A stretch of 64,000 bases of DNA from Candidatus Latescibacterota bacterium (GCA_963791045.1 CAWBQK010000017.1:1-64000); one strand, 5' to 3'. Shown: positions 31,535-43,631, counted from the first letter of the stretch. Made by a program: numbers and translations. The notes: generated from the letters alone by a model not told the origin.

Positions 31535-32701
31535 ATGCGGAAATTTTACGGCCTCGACTTTTTGTCGATCGAAAACGATCTCTCGGAAGACGAACGCCTG
31601 ATACGGGATACCGTTCGGGCATTTGTCGAAGAGCAAATTCTGCCCGTGATTCACGATCATTACGAGAACGCGACGTTTCCGCGAGAGTTGATCAAACCGC
31701 TCGCGGATCTCGGAGTGTTTGGCGCGACGATCCAGGGGTACGAATGCGCCGGCATCAACAACGTAGCATACGGATTGATGATGCAGGAACTCGAACGTGG
31801 CGACTCAGGATTCCGGAGCTTCGCTTCGGTGCAGTCGTCGCTTGTGATGTACCCGATTCATGAGTTCGGTGATGACGCGCAGAAAGAAAAGTGGCTGCCG
31901 GCGCTCGCCCATGCGGAGTCGATCGGTTGTTTCGGTCTCACCGAACCCGACTACGGGAGCAACCCGGGCGGGCTGATCACCACCGCCGTTAAAGACGGCA
32001 ACGACTACGTGTTGAACGGCGCGAAGATGTGGATCACCAACGGTTCTTACGCCGACGTTGCGATAGTCTGGGCCAAGGTCGACGGGGAGATTCGCGGGTT
32101 CATCGTCGAGAAGGACCGGCAGGGTTTTGAGGCCAGGGAAATGAAGTACAAGCTCTCACTGCGGGCGAGCGACACGAGCGAGCTGATGTTTTCAGACTGC
32201 CGAGTGCCGAAGGAAAACATGCTTCCCGGCGCCGGCGGATTGAAGAGCCCGTTGATGTGTCTCAGCCAGGCTCGGTACGGGATCGCGTGGGGAGCCGTGG
32301 GCGCCGCCCTGGCGTGCTTCCACGAGGCGGTGGAGTACGCCAAGGAGAGAGTCCAATTCGATAAACCCATTGCCGCGTATCAGCTGACTCAGAAAAAGCT
32401 TGCGGACATGGCGACGGAGATCACCCTCGGTCAGCTCCTTGTCCTCCAACTCGGGCGGGTCAAGGATCGCGGGCAGGACACGTTCAAGCAGATTTCGATG
32501 GCCAAGAGAAATAACGTCCGCAAGGCCCTGGAAATCGCCCGCCTCGCCCGTACCATCCTCGGGGCGAACGGCATCAGCGGCGAGTATCAGAGCATGCGAC
32601 ATATGTGCAATCTGGAGTCGGTCGACACATACGAGGGGACTTACGACATACACACGCTGATTATAGGCCACGAGGTGACGGGAATCGATGCGTACAGCTA
32701 G
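31535..32701 (+). CDS. Acyl-CoA dehydrogenase, glutaryl-CoA dehydrogenase subfamily
   Basis: ELERGDSG, SVQSSL, GCFGLTEPDYGS, GAKMWITNG, TYEGT.DIH. Confidence 0.88.
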   Translation: MRKFYGLDFLSIENDLSEDERLIRDTVRAFVEEQILPVIHDHYENATFPRELIKPLADLGVFGATIQGYECAGINNVAYGLMMQELERGDSGFRSFASVQSSLVMYPIHEFGDDAQKEKWLPALAHAESIGCFGLTEPDYGSNPGGLITTAVKDGNDYVLNGAKMWITNGSYADVAIVWAKVDGEIRGFIVEKDRQGFEAREMKYKLSLRASDTSELMFSDCRVPKENMLPGAGGLKSPLMCLSQARYGIAWGAVGAALACFHEAVEYAKERVQFDKPIAAYQLTQKKLADMATEITLGQLLVLQLGRVKDRGQDTFKQISMAKRNNVRKALEIARLARTILGANGISGEYQSMRHMCNLESVDTYEGTYDIHTLIIGHEVTGIDAYS

Positions 32702-32802
32702 ATGGATGGGCGATTACGTAACACATGTGATGGCAATGGGATGTGGTGTTGTCTTAATGTGGTTTGGCGTTTGGCGGCCCACGTCCGCCCGCTTTATTTG
32801 AC

Positions 32803-32832
32803 TTGACCGCCCTTCCAGGCGATTCATACTAT
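32803..32832 (+). promoter_or_regulatory. Sigma70-like promoter upstream of tRNA-Leu/tig
   Basis: TTGACC-N18-TACTAT. Confidence 0.45.
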
Positions 32833-32897
32833 TGCCGTCGGGCCGTCACGGCTGTATATTGCCAAAATATTTGACGTTCCGGCGAGGAAACGAATCG

Positions 32898-32985
<88 letters not shown>

Positions 32986-33001
32986 CAAACTGGAGAGACT
33001 T

Positions 33002-34315
33002 ATGGCTAAAGAGTTTACAGATAATATGAAATCAGAAAGAAAATTTACCGTGACGGTATCGAGCCCGTCGCAATGCAAGCGGGTGCTTGCGCTCCAAATC
33101 TCCAAAGAGGAAGTCGAGAAGGAGAAGGCTTTAGCCATCGATGAACTGCGCCGCGACCTCAAGGTGCCGGGTTTTCGTAAGGGCAAGGTGCCGCTCAAGT
33201 TCATAGAAAAGAATTACGGTCCCGTAATCCATCAGGATGCGGTCCGAAACCTGCTACCGGCGGTATTGGACGATGCGCTTATCAACGAGAATATTTTCCC
33301 GGTCGGAGATCCGAAGTTCGAGAACTTGAAGGCCGAGGAAGGGGAGGACATCACCGTCGATGTCGAGGTGGAGGTTCGCCCCGATCTTGAAATCAAAGAT
33401 TACACCGGTGTGAAGGTTCTGGTCGAGAAGCGTGTGATCGAGGATAAGGACGTCCGTGAAACCCTCGAAAGGGTGGCCGAGCAGAAAGCGGTTTTGACCG
33501 TCGTAGACCGCCCGGCCAAAGAAGGCGATTTTGTGCTGATCGATTACGCGCCGGTTCTTCCCGATGGCGAGGTCGACTTGACCAACCTGGCGGAGAACTA
33601 CCCGATCGATCTCGGGGCCGAAGCGGTGTTGCCGGAATTCAGGAAAGCGCTTGTCGGCCTGGAGATTAAGGAAGAAACGGACGTGACGGTCAAGTATCCC
33701 GAGGATTTCCCGGAAAAAGAACTCGCCGGGACCGAGAAGGTTTTTCACGCGACGGTAAAAGAGATTAAAGAAAAGAGACTTCCAGAGATCAACGACGAAT
33801 TTGCCAAGGAGCTCGGTGGACAGTTCGAGTCCCTGGCGGCTCTCGAAGGGCAGATCAAGGATGATCTCGAGCAGGAAGAAGAAAAGAGACGCGCGCACGA
33901 TGTCGAAGAGAAGATCGTCGACGGTGTGATAGCGGCCAACGAGTTTGATGTGCCGGACGCGATGGTTGATAACTATATCGCGTCGATTCTCGAACAGGAC
34001 AAGAAGAGGCGGCCGGATGTGCCCGACGAGGCCGAACGGGAGAAGGAAGTGCGGGAACATTTCCGCGAACCCGCTGTACGCACCATTAAGAAGTTTTTGA
34101 TTCTCGATGCCATCCGAAAACAAGAGACCATCGAGCTTGGCGCGGAAGAGGTTGAAGAGCGAATCGAGGATTTGACCAAAGACGCCGGCGACAAAGCGGA
34201 TGAAGTGAGGGCTTACTTCGCCCATCCCGAACGGCGCCGTAATCTCGAAAACGAGCTTATGGACAAGAAGGTTATGGACTTTTTACGCGAGAAGGCGGAA
34301 GTGAAAGTTACTTGA
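33002..34315 (+). CDS. tig: Trigger factor
   Basis: VPGFRKGKVP signature; FKBP region; tRNA-Leu-tig-clpP-clpX-lon synteny. The track start at 32906 lies inside the tRNA. Confidence 0.95.
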   Translation: MAKEFTDNMKSERKFTVTVSSPSQCKRVLALQISKEEVEKEKALAIDELRRDLKVPGFRKGKVPLKFIEKNYGPVIHQDAVRNLLPAVLDDALINENIFPVGDPKFENLKAEEGEDITVDVEVEVRPDLEIKDYTGVKVLVEKRVIEDKDVRETLERVAEQKAVLTVVDRPAKEGDFVLIDYAPVLPDGEVDLTNLAENYPIDLGAEAVLPEFRKALVGLEIKEETDVTVKYPEDFPEKELAGTEKVFHATVKEIKEKRLPEINDEFAKELGGQFESLAALEGQIKDDLEQEEEKRRAHDVEEKIVDGVIAANEFDVPDAMVDNYIASILEQDKKRRPDVPDEAEREKEVREHFREPAVRTIKKFLILDAIRKQETIELGAEEVEERIEDLTKDAGDKADEVRAYFAHPERRRNLENELMDKKVMDFLREKAEVKVT

Positions 34316-34370
34316 TGATTTAGCTTCTAACGTTTAATTAGACCGGTTATATTGCCACTGGAGAAAGGAA

Positions 34371-35000
34371 ATGTCAAAGATGCCGCAGAATCAGTACCCA
34401 ATACCGTTTGTCGTGGAGCAGACAGGCCGTTACGAGAGGTCCTATGATATCTATTCCAGGCTCCTCAAGGACCGGATCGTATTTCTCGGCCTGCCGATCA
34501 ACGATATGGTTGCGAATCTCGTGATAGCGCAAATGCTGTTTCTCGAGGCGGAGGACTCAGAAAGGGACATTTTCCTGTATATCAACAGCCCCGGCGGGGT
34601 TATCTCTTCCGGGATGGCGATCTATGATACGATGCATTATATTGCTCCAGACGTGGCGACTATATGTATGGGCCAGGCGGCGAGCATGGCCGCGGTTCTT
34701 CTCGCTTCGGGGACTAAGGGCAAACGCTCGATCTTGCCTCACGGCCGCGTAATGATCCACCAGCCTTCGGGCGGGTCGGAGGGCCAGGCGGCTTCGATCG
34801 AGATCTACACCAAGGAAATCCTCAAAATGAGGGATCAGCTCAATGGAATTCTCGCCGACCATACGGGTCAGCCGGTGAAGAGGATCGCGAAAGACACCGA
34901 TCGGGATTATTTCATGTCGGCGGATGAGGCCAAAGAGTACGGAATTATCGATAACATTTTCCAGCATCGTTCTGACGAAGTCGACATGAGCGGCGAATAG
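34371..35000 (+). CDS. clpP: ATP-dependent Clp protease proteolytic subunit
   Basis: [35 protein letters not shown]. Confidence 0.97.
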   Translation: MSKMPQNQYPIPFVVEQTGRYERSYDIYSRLLKDRIVFLGLPINDMVANLVIAQMLFLEAEDSERDIFLYINSPGGVISSGMAIYDTMHYIAPDVATICMGQAASMAAVLLASGTKGKRSILPHGRVMIHQPSGGSEGQAASIEIYTKEILKMRDQLNGILADHTGQPVKRIAKDTDRDYFMSADEAKEYGIIDNIFQHRSDEVDMSGE

Positions 35001-35019
35001 CAACACAACAGGAGCTTTG

Positions 35020-36273
<1,254 letters not shown>

Positions 36274-36379
36274 TATCGCGCGCCGCCATCTTGTTGCGGG
36301 TTAATCGGATTTTACTTTCCAGACGTGATATTGTGTTCTACAATCCGGACGTTTAGTTTAACGTTCCGAAGGTGAAAGC

Positions 36380-38815
36380 ATGGCTATTCTTGAGAGAGAA
36401 GACGAAGTTATAGAAATTCCCGATTCGCTGCCCGTTCTGCCACTGCGCGATGTCGTGATTTTCCCCGGTATGATTACACCGCTGCTCGTCGGGCGGCCGA
36501 AATCGCTTGCCTCGCTCGATGAGGCCATGAAAGGCGACCGGCTCCTGCTGGTTATAACGCAGCGCGAGATGAATGTCGATGAACCCGGCACCGACGACCT
36601 GTACAAGATGGGTACCGTGGTCAAGATCCTCCAGATCATGCGTCTCGTTGAGGGGACGATGAGGATTCTCGTCGAAGGGCTCACGCGTGCAGAGGTGAAG
36701 CGTTTCCTCGCTTCGAAGAAGTATTTCAAATCGAAGATCGCACTCCACATTCCGCCCGCCGTATCGAATCGAAAAATGCAGGCGCTGGTGCGGAGTGTGA
36801 CCAACCAGTTTACCGAGTATGTTCAGTTGAACAAGCGTATACCGGACGAAGTCTTGCGGACCGTTCTTCCCATCGAGGACTTCGACAGGCTTGCGGACTC
36901 GATGGCGGCGCATCTGGTGACCAAGATCGAGATCAAACAGCCCGTGCTCGAGGCGGTGGACGTAGAGTCTCGTTTTAAGACCATCGGGATGCTTTTGGCG
37001 GAAGAACTTGAGATTCTCAAACTCGAGAAAAAGATCGAGAGCGACGTCAAAAGCCAGGTGCAGAAGAATCAGAAGGAGTTCTATCTCCACGAACAATTAA
37101 AAGCAATCCGTAAAGAGCTCGGCGACAACGCCGACGAATCTTCGGAAATCGAAGAACTCGGTGAAAAGATCGAGAAAAGCGGAATGCACGCCGAAGCCTA
37201 TGAAGTGGCGATGAAAGAGCTCGACCGCCTGGCGCGGATGCCGAGCATGTCGCCCGAGGGGACGGTTGTCAGGAATTACTTGGACACGATGCTGTCGCTG
37301 CCCTGGCAGATCCGGACCGGTGACCGGCTCGAGATCAAGGCGGTAAAACGGCGGCTCGACGCGGACCACTACGGTCTCAAAAAGGTCAAGGAACGGATTC
37401 TTGAGTTTCTTGCCGTTCTCAAGCTGTCAAAGACGCTTAAAGGCCCGATTCTTTGTTTTGTCGGCCCTCCCGGTGTTGGGAAAACGTCGCTCGGACGGTC
37501 AATCGCCGAAGCGCTTGGCCGGCGGTTCGTTCATTTCTCGCTGGGTGGCGTTCGGGACGAGGCGGAGATACGCGGCCACAGGCGCACCTATATCGGGTCG
37601 ATGCCCGGTCGAATCATCCAGTCGCTCATAAAGGCGCAGAGCAAGAACCCCGTACTGCTTCTTGATGAGGTCGACAAGATGTCGAGCGATTTTCGCGGCG
37701 ATCCCGCCGCGGCGCTGCTTGAGGTGCTGGACCCAGAGCAGAACCACACGTTCAGCGACCATTACCTCGAAGTCGAATTCGACCTCAGCGAGGTAATGTT
37801 CATCACCACGGCCAACGTGACCCACACGATTCCGCCGGCTCTCCAGGACAGAATGGAAATGATTAGGCTTCCCGGTTATCTCGAGACCGAGAAAGTCAAG
37901 ATCGCGCAGAATTTCCTGCTCCCTCGGATGTTGTCGCGTCACGGGCTCAAGACTTCGGATCTCAAGGTAAGCGATCCCGGGGTCAAAAAAATCATTCAGC
38001 TCTATACCCGTGAGTCGGGTGTGCGGAATCTGGAACGCGAGCTTTCAAAGATCCTGAGAAAAACGGCGGTTAACTTCGCTTCCGCCGGAAGAAGATCGAA
38101 TGTCTCGGTGACACCGAAAAACCTGGAGCGCTTTCTTGGCGTGCCGCACTTCACCGAGAAGGAACTCCCCGGAACGCCGATGATCGGTGTGGTGACCGGT
38201 CTCGCGTGGACCAGTTCGGGTGGGGACATCCTCAGAATCGAAGTCGGTTTTATGCCGGGTACAGGAAAGCTGTCTTTGACGGGACTTCTCGGGGATACGA
38301 TGAAAGAGTCCGCCCAGATCGCGCTGACGTATGCCCGCGGAGTGGCGGAAGTGCTCCCGCTCAAAAAGAATTTCTTCAACGAGATCGATGTTCACATCCA
38401 TGTGCCCGAAGGCGCGATTCCCAAAGATGGCCCCAGCGCCGGTGTTGCCATGGCGACCGCGCTCGTGTCGAATTTCTTTGGAATCCCGATAAAGAAAGAC
38501 ATCGCCGTCACGGGCGAATTGACGCTTAAGGGTGAGGTGCTAGCCGTCGGTGGGCTCGCCGAAAAAACCGTCGCGGCGCTACGTGCCGGTGTCAAAGAGG
38601 TGATCCTCCCCAAGGCCGTCGCGCAGAGCATCAAGGAACTGCCGAAAGAGGTGCGGGCCGGACTCAAATTACACGCGGTGTCCGACATGCGGGATGTTCT
38701 CAAGATCGCGCTTGCGAAGCCTCTTCCGCGTTCTCCGCGCAAGGCTGCTAAAAGGAATCTGGAGGGCGAGGTTGGATTCTTCGAATACATGAAGAAAACA
38801 TCGACCGCTCACTAG
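36380..38815 (+). CDS. lon: Endopeptidase La (Lon)
   Basis: LPLRD N-domain; GPPGVGKTS; GHRRTYIG; PKDGPSAG; GGLAEK. Confidence 0.97.
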   Translation: MAILEREDEVIEIPDSLPVLPLRDVVIFPGMITPLLVGRPKSLASLDEAMKGDRLLLVITQREMNVDEPGTDDLYKMGTVVKILQIMRLVEGTMRILVEGLTRAEVKRFLASKKYFKSKIALHIPPAVSNRKMQALVRSVTNQFTEYVQLNKRIPDEVLRTVLPIEDFDRLADSMAAHLVTKIEIKQPVLEAVDVESRFKTIGMLLAEELEILKLEKKIESDVKSQVQKNQKEFYLHEQLKAIRKELGDNADESSEIEELGEKIEKSGMHAEAYEVAMKELDRLARMPSMSPEGTVVRNYLDTMLSLPWQIRTGDRLEIKAVKRRLDADHYGLKKVKERILEFLAVLKLSKTLKGPILCFVGPPGVGKTSLGRSIAEALGRRFVHFSLGGVRDEAEIRGHRRTYIGSMPGRIIQSLIKAQSKNPVLLLDEVDKMSSDFRGDPAAALLEVLDPEQNHTFSDHYLEVEFDLSEVMFITTANVTHTIPPALQDRMEMIRLPGYLETEKVKIAQNFLLPRMLSRHGLKTSDLKVSDPGVKKIIQLYTRESGVRNLERELSKILRKTAVNFASAGRRSNVSVTPKNLERFLGVPHFTEKELPGTPMIGVVTGLAWTSSGGDILRIEVGFMPGTGKLSLTGLLGDTMKESAQIALTYARGVAEVLPLKKNFFNEIDVHIHVPEGAIPKDGPSAGVAMATALVSNFFGIPIKKDIAVTGELTLKGEVLAVGGLAEKTVAALRAGVKEVILPKAVAQSIKELPKEVRAGLKLHAVSDMRDVLKIALAKPLPRSPRKAAKRNLEGEVGFFEYMKKTSTAH

Positions 38816-38879
38816 ATACTCCGTGCAGGCCTCGTGTGTGCGAGTATCGTCCACGAGGATCGCGAGGAGGAGAAACCGC

Positions 38880-39473
38880 GTGAAAATAAAAGCCGTTAAG
38901 TATCTCGGGTCGTTTGGGGATGCCGGATCGTTTCCTGCTCCTCAAGGGCCCGAGATTGTTTTTTTGGGACGATCGAATGTTGGGAAGTCCTCGTTGATAA
39001 ATTCCCTGGTTGGAGGGCGCCGCGACGTGGCGCGAACATCCAACACTCCGGGAAAAACCCGCACGGCGAACTACTATCTTGTAAACGAAGAGTTCTGTTT
39101 TGTTGACATGCCGGGGTACGGGTATGCCCAGGTATCGAAGAACGAACGGGCACAGTGGACACGGCTGATAAACAGTTATGTGACTGAGCGTGAGGTGCTG
39201 AAAGGGGTCGTTCTTCTTCTCGACATCCGGCATTCGCCCAGCACAGCGGACAAGGAAACCGCCGAATCACTTAGAGAGTCAGGCAACCGTTGTTGTCTGG
39301 TATTTGCCAAGATGGACAAAATCAAGAAGAGCGCTGTAGACAAAAACATCACCGCGCACCTTAAGGGGTTTCCGGTCAATCCGGACACCGGTGTCGTCGC
39401 ATATTCGAGCGAAACGGGGCAGGGAAGACGCGAGCTGTGGGCATGGATATCCGAAAGTTTTGAAGCGGAATAG
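38880..39473 (+). CDS. engB: Ribosome biogenesis GTP-binding protein YihA/YsxC
   Basis: GRSNVGKSS, TPGKT, DMPGYGY; GTG start after GAGGAG; follows lon. Confidence 0.93.
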   Translation: MKIKAVKYLGSFGDAGSFPAPQGPEIVFLGRSNVGKSSLINSLVGGRRDVARTSNTPGKTRTANYYLVNEEFCFVDMPGYGYAQVSKNERAQWTRLINSYVTEREVLKGVVLLLDIRHSPSTADKETAESLRESGNRCCLVFAKMDKIKKSAVDKNITAHLKGFPVNPDTGVVAYSSETGQGRRELWAWISESFEAE

Positions 39474-39534
39474 TGTCGTTGTTGGCTTCGCTTCGCTCGC
39501 CCGTTGTTTGTATTTAGAAACTCAGAGGTAACGA

Positions 39535-40677
39535 ATGAACCACCAAAGACTATTTACTCCGGGACCGACAGAGGTCCCGTCGCAGGTTCGCGAGTGTATG
39601 GCGAGACCCCTCGTTCACCACAGAACGGAGGAGTACCGGACTATCCAACGCGAAGTTATCGAAAACCTCCAGTGGTTGATGAAAACCAAGAACCCCATCT
39701 TTCTTCTCGCGTCATCGGGGACGGGTGCGATGGAGGCCGCAGTCAGTAATTTGACGGGTCCGGGGGACAAAGTGCTCGTCACCGCATTGGGTAAGTTCAG
39801 CCATCGTTGGAAAGAGATTGGCGAAGCGTTTGGTCTGGATGTCGTGACAATAGATACGACCTGGGGCGACGCCACGACTCCGGAGCTGGTTGCCGCGGCC
39901 TTCGACGCGAATCCGGGGATCAGTGTTTTGTTCACCACGCATTCCGAGACGTCGACGGCCGTCCTCCAGGACGTCAAATCGATGGCGCGAATCGCGCACG
40001 AACGCGGCGCTCTCATCGTCGTGGATGGAATCACCAGCATCGGTGCGGAGGTTCTCGAAACGGACGCCTGGGGGCTCGACGTGGTGATCGGCGGGGCTCA
40101 GAAAGGCGTGATGATTCCGCCGGGTCTGGCCTACTTGTCGATGTCGCAGGCCGCGCGGGAGAGAACGGAACGCGGTCGGCATCCTACATACTATTTTGAT
40201 TTGAACAAGGCTTTGAAATCGTATGAGGACGGGGACACACCATGGACTCCTCCGATTGTCCATGTGGTAGGTCTTCACAGGGCACTGGAAATGATGAAGG
40301 CGGAGGGACTTGACAACGTCATCGCCCGCCATCAACGCAACGCGGGAGCGACGCGCGCCGCCGTGGAGGCGCTTGGCCTACGACTTCTGTCGTCGTCACC
40401 CGCGAGCTGTACCACGGCGGTTGTTTTCGATGATGGGAACGCGGACAAAGTCCGCTCTCACCTCAACGATGCGTACAGTATTAGAGTTGCCGGCGGGCAA
40501 GCACGGTTGAAGGGGAAGATCGTGCGCCTCGGCCATCTCGGATATTATTTCGAAGCGGACATTCTGATGATGATTACCGCTTTTGAATCAACCCTTCTCG
40601 ATCTGGGTTTGATAGAGAACGCGGGGCGTGGAATCGAAGCGGCGCTAAAAGAATTTCATCGCGCGAAGAAGGGTTAA
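39535..40677 (+). CDS. Class V PLP aminotransferase (alanine-glyoxylate/serine-pyruvate type), probably acting as phosphoserine aminotransferase
   Basis: LFTPGPT, SSGTGAME, HSETST, GAQKG; adjacent to the serA-like gene. Confidence 0.88.
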   Translation: MNHQRLFTPGPTEVPSQVRECMARPLVHHRTEEYRTIQREVIENLQWLMKTKNPIFLLASSGTGAMEAAVSNLTGPGDKVLVTALGKFSHRWKEIGEAFGLDVVTIDTTWGDATTPELVAAAFDANPGISVLFTTHSETSTAVLQDVKSMARIAHERGALIVVDGITSIGAEVLETDAWGLDVVIGGAQKGVMIPPGLAYLSMSQAARERTERGRHPTYYFDLNKALKSYEDGDTPWTPPIVHVVGLHRALEMMKAEGLDNVIARHQRNAGATRAAVEALGLRLLSSSPASCTTAVVFDDGNADKVRSHLNDAYSIRVAGGQARLKGKIVRLGHLGYYFEADILMMITAFESTLLDLGLIENAGRGIEAALKEFHRAKKG

Positions 40678-40695
40678 GCGGTGGGGATGTCTTCG

Positions 40696-41649
40696 ATGGC
40701 AAAATTCAAAGTGCTTCTCACAGACAACATTTCGAGCGAAGCGGTCGATGTGTTTTCGTTCCACGATGACATCGAAACCGTCGCCGTCGGCACACTCGAT
40801 CCGCGCGAGCTGGAGGAGTTGATCGATGGGTTCGACGCGGTGATCGTGAGGAGCCCGACGAAATTGACCCGCGAGATCATCGCCGCGGGGACGCGGCTCA
40901 AGTTTATTGGCCGCGCGGGGGTGGGCACCGACAACATCGACATCGAAACCGCCAAAGAAAATGGGGTCACAGTCATGAATGCTCCGGGCGGCAATGCCGT
41001 GTCGACGGCCGAGCACACCGTCGGAATGATCCTCGCCCTGGCAAGGCGAATCCCCGAGGCGGACAGGTCCCTGAGAGCGGAAAAATGGGACCGTAAAGCC
41101 CTTCGCGGTGTAGAACTCGAGGGAAAGACACTTGGGATCATCGGGTTAGGCCGAGTGGGCCGGGAAGTGGCCCGGCGTATGCATGCTTTCTCGATGGAAG
41201 TACTCGCGTGTGATCCCTACGTCTCCGAATCGGATGCCGCAAATGCCGGTGCGAACCTTGTCGAGCTAGGGGAACTGATTGCCCGAAGTGACGTTATAAC
41301 CATTCACGTGGGGCTCACGCCGGAGACGAAGTCGCTTATCGCCGAGGGCGAGATTGAAGCCATGAAAGACGGCGTTTTTCTCGTGAATTGCGCCCGCGGC
41401 GGGATTGTTGACGAGACCGCGGTTCGAACGGCCCTTGAGAATGGAAAAGTGGCCGGGATTGCATTTGATGTTTATTTATCGGAACCACCGGGAAAAAGTC
41501 CGCTATTCGAACATCCGCGCTCGGTGTTTACACCCCATGTCGGGGCCGCGACACCGGAGGCCCAGGTGAGGGTGGCTGTTCAGATCGCGGAAACCGTCGC
41601 CAACGCCTTGATGGGAAAAGGATTACGAAACGTCGTCGGCGGGAATTGA
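40696..41649 (+). CDS. serA: D-3-phosphoglycerate dehydrogenase (short form, no ACT domain)
   Basis: GRAGVGTDNID, STAEH, GLGRVG, NCARGG, TPHVGAAT. Confidence 0.8.
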   Translation: MAKFKVLLTDNISSEAVDVFSFHDDIETVAVGTLDPRELEELIDGFDAVIVRSPTKLTREIIAAGTRLKFIGRAGVGTDNIDIETAKENGVTVMNAPGGNAVSTAEHTVGMILALARRIPEADRSLRAEKWDRKALRGVELEGKTLGIIGLGRVGREVARRMHAFSMEVLACDPYVSESDAANAGANLVELGELIARSDVITIHVGLTPETKSLIAEGEIEAMKDGVFLVNCARGGIVDETAVRTALENGKVAGIAFDVYLSEPPGKSPLFEHPRSVFTPHVGAATPEAQVRVAVQIAETVANALMGKGLRNVVGGN

Positions 41650-41687
41650 ACTGCATGATCGTCCCGAATCAAAACAGGTCTCGATGG

Positions 41688-41716
41688 TTGACGAATCACG
41701 TGATTAGGCTTATAAT
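41688..41716 (+). promoter_or_regulatory. Sigma70-like promoter with a 12-bp palindrome in the spacer
   Basis: TTGACG-N17-TATAAT; AATCACGTGATT at 41694-41705. Confidence 0.65.
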
Positions 41717-41732
41717 TAAATAGGTTACGAAC

Positions 41733-42242
41733 ATGTTGGACAAGTCTACCCATAGGATCATCGGCGCCGTAATCGTCGTTCTGGCGTGCCTGGCTCCGGT
41801 GGCGGCACTCCTGGGACCTCAGGATGCGGTTGGTACGACGGAGTTCATGATCGAACTCCCCGCGTACAGCAAGTACCAGTGTGCCCTCTGCCACACCTCG
41901 GCCACGCCCACAGCGGGAGCGGCCGACCTCAATGTATTCGGAGTGGATTTCCAGAATAACGAGAATATCTGGGACGCGACTCTTGCCCTCCTCAATTCCG
42001 ACAATGACAAGTGCCTGAACGGCTTCGAAATTGGCGATCAGGACGGGGACGGGGTATATGACTACCAGGGCCAGGCCGTCGAGCACGCCAACCCGGGCGA
42101 CGGGGCGGATTGTTCGATCGCACTGACCATCCAGACCTGGGGCAAGATTAAAGACGTTTTCCGCAGCGAACTGCCCAATTACCTGGACGGTTGCGAAGGC
42201 GACGAGGATTGCTTCGCCGACTGGCGCGCCCATTTCCCTTGA
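41733..42242 (+). CDS. Secreted CxxCH-containing, temptin-like protein with TWGKIK motif
   Basis: Signal peptide; CALCH; LNVFGVDF...W...NSDNDKCLNGFEIGDQDGDG; IQTWGKIKDVF. Confidence 0.6.
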   Translation: MLDKSTHRIIGAVIVVLACLAPVAALLGPQDAVGTTEFMIELPAYSKYQCALCHTSATPTAGAADLNVFGVDFQNNENIWDATLALLNSDNDKCLNGFEIGDQDGDGVYDYQGQAVEHANPGDGADCSIALTIQTWGKIKDVFRSELPNYLDGCEGDEDCFADWRAHFP

Positions 42243-42286
42243 TTTTCCCACGCGAACGTAGTATAAATACCTGGTTTTGAACGTCT

Positions 42287-42312
42287 AACCGCCTGCACGA
42301 GCGGTTGTTTTT
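42287..42312 (+). terminator. Probable intrinsic terminator upstream of purA
   Basis: AACCGC-N8-GCGGTT followed by GTTTTT. Confidence 0.45.
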
Positions 42313-42356
42313 ATGTCTGTTTCGCGAGACTTTTCAGAGTTATCAAGGAGTCATTC

Positions 42357-43631
42357 ATGGCGGTAACGCTGGTTGTCGGCGGCCAATGGGGCGACGAGGG
42401 CAAGGCTAAGATCATCGACTTCCTCGCAGAGGATGCCGATTTCGTCGCGAGATATCAGGGCGGCGCAAACGCCGGCCACACCGTCGTCGTCGGCGATGAC
42501 CGTTTTGCGTTTCACCTGGTGCCGTCCGGGATTCTGTATCCGCACGCGAGTTGTATTCTCGGCGGCGGGATGGTCATCGACCCTTCCGCGTTGACTCGTG
42601 AGATAGACGGGATCGTGGAAAAGGGAATCGATGTCGGGGGGCGCATTTTTATCAGCGAACAAGCCCACATCGTCCTTCCTTATCATATCGCTATGGATTG
42701 CGGCTCCGAAGAGAGTTTGGGCGATTCGTCGATCGGCACGACAAGAAAAGGGATCACCCCGGCATATGTGGACAAGATCGGACGGCGCGGAATCCGGATG
42801 GGTGACTTGCTGCGGCCGCGCGCGGATCTCGAACGTCTCCTCGAGACGAGAATCAGGGAAAACAACAAACAACTGCGGGCTCAAGGCCACAAAACAATTC
42901 CTGTTAAAAAAACCATAAAAACATTGTTTGAAATCAAGAAGAAGATCGGGCCGATGATCACCGACACGAGACTCATTCTGTGGGCGGCGCTCGAGAAGAA
43001 GAAAAACATTTTGTGCGAAGGCGCCCAGGGCACGCTTCTCGACATCGACCATGGGACTTACCCATTCGTCACATCGAGCTCGGCGTCGGCCGGGGGCGCT
43101 GTATCAGGAACGGGGTTGCCGCCGTCAGCCTTCACTCGCGTGATTGGAATTTTCAAAGCGTACTGCACTCGTGTGGGGAACGGGCCGTTTCCGAGCGAGG
43201 ATGAAGGGAAAGCGGGCAACACGCTGCGTGACATCGGAAATGAATACGGTACTACCACGGGCCGGCCGCGGCGCTGCGGTTGGTTCGACGCCGTCGCCGC
43301 AAGGACCGTCGTCAAATTGAACGGCCTCACGGAGATCGCGTTGACGAAGCTCGACGTTCTCGATGATTTCGATGAAATAAAGGTGTGCACGCAGTACAGG
43401 ATGGGGAAAGAACGACTGGATTATTTTCCGGTCAACACGAGGACACTCGAGAATTGCAGGCCCGAGTACGATGTGATCGATGGCTGGAACAAAAAATCGT
43501 TCACGAGTGGATCGGACAGGCTACCGGGCAAGGCGGCGTCCTACGTAAGATATCTGGAAAAACTCGTAGGATGCAAGATTCGCCTCGTCTCCCTCGGCCC
43601 CGAAAGAAGCGCGATGATCGATCGTGGTTGA
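42357..43631 (+). CDS. purA: Adenylosuccinate synthase
   Basis: QWGDEGKAK, GGANAGHT, EGAQG, TRVGNGPFP, TTGRPRRCGW, LTKLD. Confidence 0.97.
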   Translation: MAVTLVVGGQWGDEGKAKIIDFLAEDADFVARYQGGANAGHTVVVGDDRFAFHLVPSGILYPHASCILGGGMVIDPSALTREIDGIVEKGIDVGGRIFISEQAHIVLPYHIAMDCGSEESLGDSSIGTTRKGITPAYVDKIGRRGIRMGDLLRPRADLERLLETRIRENNKQLRAQGHKTIPVKKTIKTLFEIKKKIGPMITDTRLILWAALEKKKNILCEGAQGTLLDIDHGTYPFVTSSSASAGGAVSGTGLPPSAFTRVIGIFKAYCTRVGNGPFPSEDEGKAGNTLRDIGNEYGTTTGRPRRCGWFDAVAARTVVKLNGLTEIALTKLDVLDDFDEIKVCTQYRMGKERLDYFPVNTRTLENCRPEYDVIDGWNKKSFTSGSDRLPGKAASYVRYLEKLVGCKIRLVSLGPERSAMIDRG

